From an uncultured Fimbriimonadaceae bacterium (lineage in GTDB: Bacteria; Armatimonadota; Fimbriimonadia; Fimbriimonadales; Fimbriimonadaceae), in assembly GCA_964586225.1 (NCBI GenBank), contig CAZPHD010000002.1:40372-104371 (forward strand): a DNA stretch of 64,000 nt, read 5' to 3'. The notes beneath the pieces are model-generated. The model saw only the letters and a program-made list of their open reading frames with translations. It ran no database searches and was not told where the DNA came from. The translations under genes and the position numbers were made by a program. Below, one piece after another: positions 17,144 through 24,274 of the stretch. How positions within the stretch are numbered: the first letter of the stretch is position 1; each line of letters starts with the position of its first letter.

Positions 17144-18033
17144 GGCAACGGGCGTCCCACGATCCGCTCGTAGGCCTCGAGATACTTCTCACGCGTTCTG
17201 GCGACGATGTCGTCGGGCAAGGCTGGCCCCGGCGGCTGCTTATCAAAGCCGATGCTCTCCAAGTAGTCGCGTACGAACTGCTTGTCGTAGCTGGGTTGCG
17301 GCCCGCCGGGCAGATAGGTAGCGGCGTTCCAGTAGCGCGAGCTGTCGGGAGTGAGCGCCTCGTCGATCCAGATGATGCCGTCCGCCGTCTCACCGAACTC
17401 GAACTTGGTGTCAGCGAGGATGATTCCGTGTTCGCCGACCCGCTCAGCGGCTCGTCGGTAGAGGTCAAGCGTCGTATCGCGGAGCCATGTCGCATTCTCG
17501 AATCCGACGAGATCAACGGCTTGAGTCCAACTCAGGTTCTCGTCGTGGCCCGATTCGGCTTTTGTGGCGGGCGTGAAGATGGGTTCGGGTAGTCGATCGC
17601 CATCGCGAAGACCGTCGGGCAGGTCAAGCCCGTGAACGTTGCCGCCGTACTGTCGATATTCTTTATAGAGTGACCCCGCGAGATACCCACGCGCCACGCA
17701 CTCCATCTTCACCGGCACCGCCTTCTTCGCGAGCGTACAACGCCCGGCAAGCAAATCGTGCCACTCTCCGATACGATCCGCAATCAAGACATCTTCCGTG
17801 GTTATGATGTGATTTGGTGTCAAATCTTTAAACAGATCAAACCAGAACGCGCTCATCAGGTTGAGCACGCGGCCCTTGTCCGGAATGCCGTTCGCCATGA
17901 TCACATCAAACGCCGAGATTCGGTCGGTCGTGATGATGAGCAGCTCGTGGCCCAAGTCGTACAGCTCCCGCACTTTCCCCTGCCCACGAGGGGCTGGGAG
18001 CGAGGTCAATGGCGACGTAAGGAGCGCGATCAT
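17134..18033 (-). CDS. purC: Phosphoribosylaminoimidazole-succinocarboxamide (SAICAR) synthase
   Basis: GKVRELYD..., ITTDRISAFD, LADTKFEFG motifs. Confidence 0.95.
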   Translation of the reverse strand: MIALLTSPLTSLPAPRGQGKVRELYDLGHELLIITTDRISAFDVIMANGIPDKGRVLNLMSAFWFDLFKDLTPNHIITTEDVLIADRIGEWHDLLAGRCTLAKKAVPVKMECVARGYLAGSLYKEYRQYGGNVHGLDLPDGLRDGDRLPEPIFTPATKAESGHDENLSWTQAVDLVGFENATWLRDTTLDLYRRAAERVGEHGIILADTKFEFGETADGIIWIDEALTPDSSRYWNAATYLPGGPQPSYDKQFVRDYLESIGFDKQPPGPALPDDIVARTREKYLEAYERIVGRPLPCS

Positions 18034-19214
18034 GGGGCTTCGAAGGCGTCGATTGGCTGGCCGATGCTGTCGGCGAGTCTGTCGGAGATCGGATCCAGGG
18101 ACGGCTCGTCGTGGCTGACCGCGATACCCATCGCGAGGTTGCCGTCGGGCCCAGCGTACAGCTCGATGAACTCACCTGCATCGCGATCACCGATCAGCCG
18201 GACGGGAACCGCATTCTCGGGATGCCCGCGCAAGATCATGTGGAGGTCAAGGAAGTCGGTCCAGAAGTAGGGCACCTTGGCATAGAGCTCGTTCGCCCCG
18301 GTCATGTTGCTTCCCGCCGCGGTCCCCTGCCACTTCGCATTGAGGTGATGCTCGCCGCTTAGGCCCATCGGATACCCTGGTCGGAAAGCGACGTCACCAG
18401 CGGCATAGACGTCGGGATCGGCGGTCGCCAAGAACTCGTCAACTACGATGCCGTGCTTCGAATCGGTTGCTAATCCGCAGGCCGCAGCCAGCTCAACGTT
18501 TGGAACCACGCCTGTGCCGAGCACGACGACATCGCCGGTGATCGTGCCCTGATCGGTGACCACCTGATTCGCTCCGATGCTCTCGATCTTCACACCGAGC
18601 CGCAGATCAACTCCGGCATCGCGAAACGCCTGGGCGATACGATCACCGGTCTCGCGGCTGGCAAAGCTCACCCAGAAGCTGGGATCGCGCGAGATCAGGG
18701 TCACCTGCTTCTCCAGCCTCAATCCGACCGATGCGACCTCGCCCGCGATGTAACCCGAACCGACGATCACCAGCGATTGCCCCGCGGTCAGCGCCTGACG
18801 AATGCCCTCGGCGTCGTCCATCGTGCGAAGCACGTGGGCGGAATCTGCGCCCGGAATCTCAGGACGGTAGGCGCTGACACCGGTCGCAAGGAGTAGCTTG
18901 CCGTAGGTCACCACTCGCCCGTCGTTGGTGGTCACCGTTTTGGCGGCGCGATCTATGCTCACCGCCCGCGTGCCGAGCCACCGCTCAATCTTGTTCTCCT
19001 CGTAAAACACCTCGTACTTGCTGGAGATGTCGTCGATATTGACCTCGGGATTCCGCAAGAAACCCTTCGAAAGGGGTGGCCGATCGTAGGGAACGTGCAC
19101 CTCTTCGCGGATCATGAGAATGCGACCCTCGGGGTCGCGCTCTCGGATAGCTTGGGCGGCGGTAACGCTTGCCACGCCACCTCCGATGATAACGTAGTGG
19201 GCTTGCTCGGGCAT
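18030..19214 (-). CDS. FAD/NAD(P)-dependent pyridine nucleotide-disulfide oxidoreductase (ferredoxin-reductase/AIF-like)
   Basis: Start set at MPEQAHYVIIGGGVASVTAA (GxGxxG). A second dinucleotide fold is VIVGSGYIAGEVA. The longer ORF to 19373 would run through the tRNA. ATGA overlap with purC. Confidence 0.8.
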   Translation of the reverse strand: MPEQAHYVIIGGGVASVTAAQAIRERDPEGRILMIREEVHVPYDRPPLSKGFLRNPEVNIDDISSKYEVFYEENKIERWLGTRAVSIDRAAKTVTTNDGRVVTYGKLLLATGVSAYRPEIPGADSAHVLRTMDDAEGIRQALTAGQSLVIVGSGYIAGEVASVGLRLEKQVTLISRDPSFWVSFASRETGDRIAQAFRDAGVDLRLGVKIESIGANQVVTDQGTITGDVVVLGTGVVPNVELAAACGLATDSKHGIVVDEFLATADPDVYAAGDVAFRPGYPMGLSGEHHLNAKWQGTAAGSNMTGANELYAKVPYFWTDFLDLHMILRGHPENAVPVRLIGDRDAGEFIELYAGPDGNLAMGIAVSHDEPSLDPISDRLADSIGQPIDAFEAP

Positions 19215-19218
19215 CAAA

Positions 19219-19247
19219 GGGAGTATACGGTCCGTCGGTATACTCCC
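19219..19247. promoter_or_regulatory. Perfect 10-bp palindrome arms GGGAGTATAC-N9-GTATACTCCC between the oxidoreductase start and tRNA-Leu
   Basis: Arms at 19219-19228 and 19238-19247 are exact reverse complements. It sits 5 nt upstream of the minus-strand ATG and 9 nt upstream of the tRNA. Confidence 0.4.
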
Positions 19248-19255
19248 GCCCACGA

Positions 19256-19338
19256 CCCCGGGTGGCGGAATGGTAGACGCAGCGGACTTAAAATCCGTTG
19301 GCTGTAAGGCCGTGTGGGTTCGAGTCCCACCCCGGGGA
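19256..19338 (+). tRNA. tRNA-Leu (anticodon UAA), long variable arm
   Basis: Acceptor CCCCGGG/CCCGGGG, D-arm GCGGAATGGTAGACGC, anticodon stem GCGGA/TCCGT with loop CTTAAAA, variable arm TGGCTGTAAGGCCGT, T-arm GTGGG-TTCGAGT-CCCAC, discriminator A. Confidence 0.85.
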
Positions 19339-19379
19339 CCCACCTGCAACCCGTCCACAACTCTCAGCGTCAATTACGC

Positions 19380-20135
19380 GTGGGCAACCGTCGCTACACC
19401 GAACGCGAAATGGCGGAGATCATCCGCAAGGCCGCCGAGATTCAGTCCGGCCAAGCGAACCCCTCCGACTCACAAGGGATCTCCGAGGATGAGATCCGCC
19501 ACGCAGCGATGGAACTCGGAATTGCGCCCGGTGCCCTTGACGCCGCACTTAGGGGCTCAGCCGAGTCGGGGCCTCAGCAGTTCAACTGGTGGGGAGGTCC
19601 GACAAGGTACGAAGCTGAGCGAATCTTCGACGGGACGATCAGCGACGAGGCTTGGGAGGACATCCTTGCCGACTTGCGACAGACGTTCGAGGAAAACGGC
19701 ACGGTCGAACGACGGGGCGCGACCTACGAGTGGGCCGCAACTGGGGGCGGAGTGGATTACAAGACGATCACCCTGCGGCCTACCGGAGACTCAACCCGCC
19801 TCAAGGCAACCAGTTCCTTTGGGGGTTCGGCCGCCGTGTGGTACGCGGCAATGCCCATCCCCATGTTTGTGGTGGTTGGCTTACTTGCCAAGGTCGGTTG
19901 GCCAGTGAGTGCGGAGTGGCTGGTCGGTTTGAGTGCGTTTGCAGCCTCCTGGATGGGCGCGCGCCACCTCACGACCCTCGCGGTCAGGAAGCGCTTCCGT
20001 CGATTCGCAGATCTCTTCGACCGCATTCAGACTCGCATTGAGGGCCCAGACGAAGGCGTCCGACCACAACTTGTGAACTCTTCATCTGCGGTTCAGGCCG
20101 ATAACGAAGAGCAGCCCCTCACCGGTATGCCATAG
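19380..20135 (+). CDS. Hypothetical membrane protein
   Basis: Coding-looking ORF. Start at GTG 19380 or ATG 19410 (MAEIIRKAAEIQ). Two TM helices near the C-terminus. No family recognised. Confidence 0.45.
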   Translation: MGNRRYTEREMAEIIRKAAEIQSGQANPSDSQGISEDEIRHAAMELGIAPGALDAALRGSAESGPQQFNWWGGPTRYEAERIFDGTISDEAWEDILADLRQTFEENGTVERRGATYEWAATGGGVDYKTITLRPTGDSTRLKATSSFGGSAAVWYAAMPIPMFVVVGLLAKVGWPVSAEWLVGLSAFAASWMGARHLTTLAVRKRFRRFADLFDRIQTRIEGPDEGVRPQLVNSSSAVQADNEEQPLTGMP

Positions 20136-20142
20136 TTCAACG

Positions 20143-21507
20143 GTGGAGTTAGAGAATCCTGCCCCTTCCGCGCCCAAGCCCGGCCTCGGTTGGTTCGCGT
20201 TCTTCCTGGTCATCTTCTTGTTGATCGGACTCCAACTGGTGGCCTATCTTGGGCGAGATGAACAATCGGCCGTCGACCGAACTGCTCGTGCCGCCGACCA
20301 GGCTCTACGGATGACCTTAGAGCAACATGCCGCCCTCAAGCGCGTGCTGAAGGAGGACACACCACCTCTAAACCTCAAATCACTCACTGAGCAGTTGCCA
20401 AAGCTCGAAGCGACTACCGCCTCCGACGAATCCGCCGTGGTCGCCATCGCCATTCGGCAACTTTCGGGCGACGCTCCTGCGCCAACAAGCCTCGAAACGC
20501 TGCACAAATCGAAGTCAGAAGCGATGCGCCGCGTCCTACAACTGACCGAGAATCCACCACGCGCTGAATCCGGCGTGCGAAGCTTGGGCAAGGACCTCCC
20601 TGACCTTTACGGAGCGGAACTGATCCGGGCACTCGCTCTTGAAAAAGCGGGCGTCTCCAATGCACGTCGTGAAGTGATTTCCGTCGAAGCCGGGCAAAGG
20701 CTCTTTGTGATCATGGCCGTGGTGATCGTAGGCCTTTCCTTGGGAGTGATCGCCTGGATTGGCTACTTTGTGGCCCGAGCGACCGGTGGGCTCAAGGCAC
20801 CGAGTTTTGAGTATCCAGTGCCCTCGCCGGAATCCGCCGATCGCATGGCGGGCAAGGCCACGCAGCTACTAGGTGTGTTCTTCTTGATTCCCTTCTTGGC
20901 AATCGTGGTCTTCGGCGGTAAGACGCCTCCCGCCGCCCAACTCCTACTCCCACTCGTAATCATTGCCGTATCGCTGCTGGTGCTTCCGCTCCCAATTCTT
21001 GGCGGGCGCGTCACGCCGCGCGAAGCTGGCCTGCACCGCGAGTTACCAATCGGAAAGGGGCTCTTATGGACCGCAGGCGCGTTGGTCGCCGAGATTCCCT
21101 TGCTGATCCTGCTGGCGGGAATCTCCTCACCCCTCCAGCAGTTCTTCCCACCCGCCGAGCACCCAATAACCGTTCGATTGGCCGAAGGCGTCGATGTCGT
21201 CACGCTGATTGCGACCTTTATGATGGCGTCGATCCTTGCTCCCGTGGTCGAAGAGTTGACCTTCCGAGGGTTGGTTGCTCCCGCGATGATGCGGCTGTTC
21301 CGGTCGACCGGTTTGGGGCTAGTCATTGCCGCCCTGTGCTTCGCCGCGATTCATCCGACGGGCATTCCGGCCTGGTTGCCCCTCGCGGGCGTGGGCTTCA
21401 TGAGCTCGCTCCTGTACCTCCACACCCGCGCGCTCTGGCCCTCGATGCTCTACCACGCCATCCATAACACGGCTATTTTGACTGTGGCGCTTACGGTCTA
21501 CAGCTAG
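20143..21507 (+). CDS. CPBP (CAAX/Abi) family intramembrane glutamic endopeptidase with a ~230-aa N-terminal extension
   Basis: VEELTFRGL (EExxxR), FAAIHP and YHAIHN motifs in the C-terminal third. Multiple TM helices. Confidence 0.75.
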   Translation: MELENPAPSAPKPGLGWFAFFLVIFLLIGLQLVAYLGRDEQSAVDRTARAADQALRMTLEQHAALKRVLKEDTPPLNLKSLTEQLPKLEATTASDESAVVAIAIRQLSGDAPAPTSLETLHKSKSEAMRRVLQLTENPPRAESGVRSLGKDLPDLYGAELIRALALEKAGVSNARREVISVEAGQRLFVIMAVVIVGLSLGVIAWIGYFVARATGGLKAPSFEYPVPSPESADRMAGKATQLLGVFFLIPFLAIVVFGGKTPPAAQLLLPLVIIAVSLLVLPLPILGGRVTPREAGLHRELPIGKGLLWTAGALVAEIPLLILLAGISSPLQQFFPPAEHPITVRLAEGVDVVTLIATFMMASILAPVVEELTFRGLVAPAMMRLFRSTGLGLVIAALCFAAIHPTGIPAWLPLAGVGFMSSLLYLHTRALWPSMLYHAIHNTAILTVALTVYS

Positions 21508-21524
21508 CACGGTAAACTTCGCGC

Positions 21525-21977
21525 GTGGAATCGTACATCGGGATTCTGATCCTGGTCGCGGTGGCGGCGACGGTTTGCGTGGCGATGGTCACGCTGAGCT
21601 GGGTGCTTGGCCCCAAGAAGGTGACCCCCTATAAGAGTTCGCCCTATGAGTGCGGCGTGGCGCCGGACGGTTCAGCGCGTGAGCGGTTCCCGGTCAAGTT
21701 CTATCTGGTCGCGATCCTGTTTATCCTGTTCGACATCGAAGTCGTGTTCCTTTGGAGTTGGATGACGGTGTACCGAAACAGCGACGTCTCCTTCCAGCTC
21801 TTTAGCTTCGTCGAAATGCTGATCTACATGTCAACGTGGATCCTCGGCTATGTCTACGCTGTGCGCGTCGGAGCGATCGACTGGGATGAAACCACGTCGC
21901 TTGATCCCGCCAAACTTGAGGACACCAAGTTGCCTATCCTTGAGAAGGTGCCCAGCCTGCAACCGGAGGTTTCCTAA
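21525..21977 (+). CDS. nuoA: NADH-quinone oxidoreductase subunit A (with a ~25-aa C-terminal extension)
   Basis: SPYECGV...FPVKFYLVAILFILFDIEVVFLW signature. GTG start. Confidence 0.85.
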   Translation: MESYIGILILVAVAATVCVAMVTLSWVLGPKKVTPYKSSPYECGVAPDGSARERFPVKFYLVAILFILFDIEVVFLWSWMTVYRNSDVSFQLFSFVEMLIYMSTWILGYVYAVRVGAIDWDETTSLDPAKLEDTKLPILEKVPSLQPEVS

Positions 21978-21980
21978 ATC

Positions 21981-22586
21981 ATGGCGGCTCCCATGCTCGG
22001 CGAAGAGCGATTGGAGGCGGTCCGAATACGAGAGCGTCACCCGGGCGCGATCATCAAGGTGAAGACATTTCGTGACGAGACCTACCTTTGCGTTTTCCGC
22101 GAGTCGCTCCGCGATGTGATCTCGACGCTCAAGAACGACCCCGATCTTGACTACGGCTACTTCTCGGAGTGTGTAGGTGCTGACTACAGCACATGGCCCC
22201 ACGAGCGCGACCTGGAGGGCCGGTTCGAGGTCATCTACAACCTGATGTCGCTCAAGCACTATTCACGCATCTTCGTGAAAGTCGCGGTTGACGACGGGCA
22301 GAGCATCCCGACTATCAAAGACCTGTTCCTGGGTGCCGAGTATCCCGAACGCGAGATCGCTGATCTGTACGGCGTCGTGTTCGAAGGCAACATGGACCAT
22401 CCCGGAAGGTTCTTGCTTCCCGACGACTGGATCGGCTATCCGCTTCGGAAGGAGTATCCGCTGGGCGGCGAAGATGTGAACTTCGCGCAAGGCGACCGAG
22501 GTCCGGCGGTTGAGGACGTCTCGATGCCACACGCGGGCGAGAGCTTCGAAGGCAAAACGGGTTCCGATGATGTCTCCGGGCGCTAA
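21981..22586 (+). CDS. nuoC: NADH-quinone oxidoreductase subunit C
   Basis: FEVIYNLMSLKH..., AEYPEREIADLYGVVFEGN, DWIGYPLRKEYP motifs. Confidence 0.9.
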   Translation: MAAPMLGEERLEAVRIRERHPGAIIKVKTFRDETYLCVFRESLRDVISTLKNDPDLDYGYFSECVGADYSTWPHERDLEGRFEVIYNLMSLKHYSRIFVKVAVDDGQSIPTIKDLFLGAEYPEREIADLYGVVFEGNMDHPGRFLLPDDWIGYPLRKEYPLGGEDVNFAQGDRGPAVEDVSMPHAGESFEGKTGSDDVSGR

Positions 22587-23004
22587 GCCGGTGGCGTCAA
22601 GACACGAGGTCAACTCCGACCGTGCCATGAAGGACCTGGCTGGCACGCTTGTTCGTGATTGGCCTGCGGGCACGATCGTGCTCCTGGAAGGGCCGCTTGG
22701 GGCCGGAAAGACCACCTTTGCCCGCGGCGTCCTGGAGGCGCTTGGTCACGTCGGAGCGGTCCGCTCCCCGACGTTCAACCTGCTCCACGAATACTCCACG
22801 GACCCGCCCGTGCTGCACGCCGACCTCTACCGGCTGAGCCTAGCGAACGGACTGGGACTGGAAGACTACTACGACACCCACCTCTGTCTCATCGAGTGGC
22901 CCGACCGCTTACCGGAGACTCCCCAGGCATGGCGAATCACGATCGAGTTTGGAACGGACGAAACGTCCCGAATCGTGACTTGCCAACCGCCGAACCCGCC
23001 ATAA
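22567..23004 (+). CDS. tsaE: tRNA t6A37 biosynthesis ATPase TsaE
   Basis: VLLEGPLGAGKTTFARG (Walker A), SPTFNL and HADLYRL motifs. Start ambiguous (ATG 22567/22570 overlapping the nuoC end, or 22627). Confidence 0.8.
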   Translation: MMSPGAKPVASRHEVNSDRAMKDLAGTLVRDWPAGTIVLLEGPLGAGKTTFARGVLEALGHVGAVRSPTFNLLHEYSTDPPVLHADLYRLSLANGLGLEDYYDTHLCLIEWPDRLPETPQAWRITIEFGTDETSRIVTCQPPNPP

Positions 23005-23014
23005 TGTAAGACAC

Positions 23015-23158
23015 ATGCGGGGTTCCATCTCTGGACGGCGAAAGCGCTTCCCTTGGGTTCCGCTCCTTGCGTTGCTCGGCACGATCTATCTGTTCTGGGT
23101 ATTGCCCTATCAGTTGGGCGATCGCCCGATCGAAGTCGAGTTCGCCAACGAACCATGA
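23015..23158 (+). CDS. Candidate 47-aa small membrane protein
   Basis: My own translation: MRGSISGRRKRFPWVPLLALLGTIYLFWVLPYQLGDRPIEVEFANEP. It has a basic N-terminus plus one TM helix. The stop overlaps the ychF-like ATG as ATGA. It is below the ORF-track length cut-off. Confidence 0.3.
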   Translation: MRGSISGRRKRFPWVPLLALLGTIYLFWVLPYQLGDRPIEVEFANEP

Positions 23159-24210
23159 AAGTCGGTCTCATAGGATTCTCCAGCTCTGGAAAGAGCACGC
23201 TATATCGTGCTGCCGCCCGCGGCATGGCCAAGGGTGACGTCACCGCGGTGCCCGTCCCTGATCCACGTTTCGAGGCCATCGTCGCTCAGGTGAAGCCCAA
23301 GAAGATCACCCCGGCGACGGTGATGCTGAACGATGACTTGGACTCGGCGCAGGGCACTGGCCGAATGTTCTCACAGCGATTCGTCGACGAGGCGCGCAAG
23401 ATGGACTTGCTCCTCCACGTGGTTCGCGACTTTGACTCGCCGATGGCACGGTACCACGCGGAAGTCGGTGCCTTGCGAGATGAGGAAGCGGTTTCGGTTG
23501 AAATTGTTCTCGCCGACCTGCAGATTGTCGAGAATCGTCTAGAGCGATTGGCAAAGTCGCTAACGGCTCGCAATCCAGGCTCGCCTGATTACATTGAGAA
23601 GCAGGTCTTCGAGCGGCTGAAAGGGCCCTTGGAAGACGGCATCCCCATCCGTGCGATGGAGCTTGACGAAGACGCCGAGACCATTTGCCGAAACTATCAG
23701 TTCCTCAGCGCGAAGCCGATGGTGGTGGCGTTCAACGTTAGCGAGGACAACGTCGGCGAAGTCCCGGCCCACCTCGTGCCTCGAATCGCCGAGCTCGCAG
23801 CCAAGGCGACGCCGGCGTTCACGGTATGTGCGCCTCTTGAGGAAGAAGTTGCCCAGCTCGACGCGGCCGATCAACCCGAGTTTCTCTCGAGTCTTGGGCT
23901 GACCGAACCCGCAAGCGCCAAGGTCATCCGCGCGGTCTACGAAGCGCTGGGGCTGATCACCTTCTTCACCGCGGGGGAGAATGAAACCCGCGCTTGGCCT
24001 CTACGCCGCGGCTCAAATGCGGTCAAAGCGGCGGGCACGATCCACACTGACATTGCCAAGGGCTTCATTCGCGCAGAGGTCGTGCACTACGACGACTACG
24101 CCGCTGCGGGTTCGCTGGATGCCGCATATAGCGCCGGCAAGATGTCTCTCGAAGGCAAAGAGTACATCATCCAGGACGGCGACCTGATTCACATCCGCAA
24201 CAAGAGCTAG
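23155..24210 (+). CDS. ychF: YchF-family protein with a degenerate G domain
   Basis: MKVGLIGFSSSGKSTL (Walker A), NVSED (G4-like), and the C-terminal YchF/TGS-like block FFTAGENETRAWPLRRGSNAVKAAGTIHTDIAKGFIRAEV...GKEYIIQDGD. Confidence 0.8.
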   Translation: MKVGLIGFSSSGKSTLYRAAARGMAKGDVTAVPVPDPRFEAIVAQVKPKKITPATVMLNDDLDSAQGTGRMFSQRFVDEARKMDLLLHVVRDFDSPMARYHAEVGALRDEEAVSVEIVLADLQIVENRLERLAKSLTARNPGSPDYIEKQVFERLKGPLEDGIPIRAMELDEDAETICRNYQFLSAKPMVVAFNVSEDNVGEVPAHLVPRIAELAAKATPAFTVCAPLEEEVAQLDAADQPEFLSSLGLTEPASAKVIRAVYEALGLITFFTAGENETRAWPLRRGSNAVKAAGTIHTDIAKGFIRAEVVHYDDYAAAGSLDAAYSAGKMSLEGKEYIIQDGDLIHIRNKS

Positions 24211-24222
24211 TCTCCGAAAAGC

Positions 24223-24257
24223 AAGAACTCCCGGTCCTTTCGGAATCGGGAGTTCTT
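24223..24257. terminator. Bidirectional stem-loop between the convergent ychF-like gene and rpsA
   Basis: AAGAACTCCCG (24223-24233), a 13-nt loop, then CGGGAGTTCTT (24247-24257). Perfect 11-bp stem with a T-rich flank on the plus strand (CGTTTGT). Confidence 0.6.
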
Positions 24258-24274
24258 CGTTTGTAGCGGACCGC

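Noticed and set aside
19214-19373. Upstream extension of the oxidoreductase ORF (start at 19373), and the plus-strand ORFs 19270-19908 and 19314-20135 starting inside the tRNA.
   Set aside because: The extensions overlap tRNA-Leu. The GxGxxG fold begins right after the ATG at 19214. The plus-strand gene more plausibly starts at 19380 or 19410.
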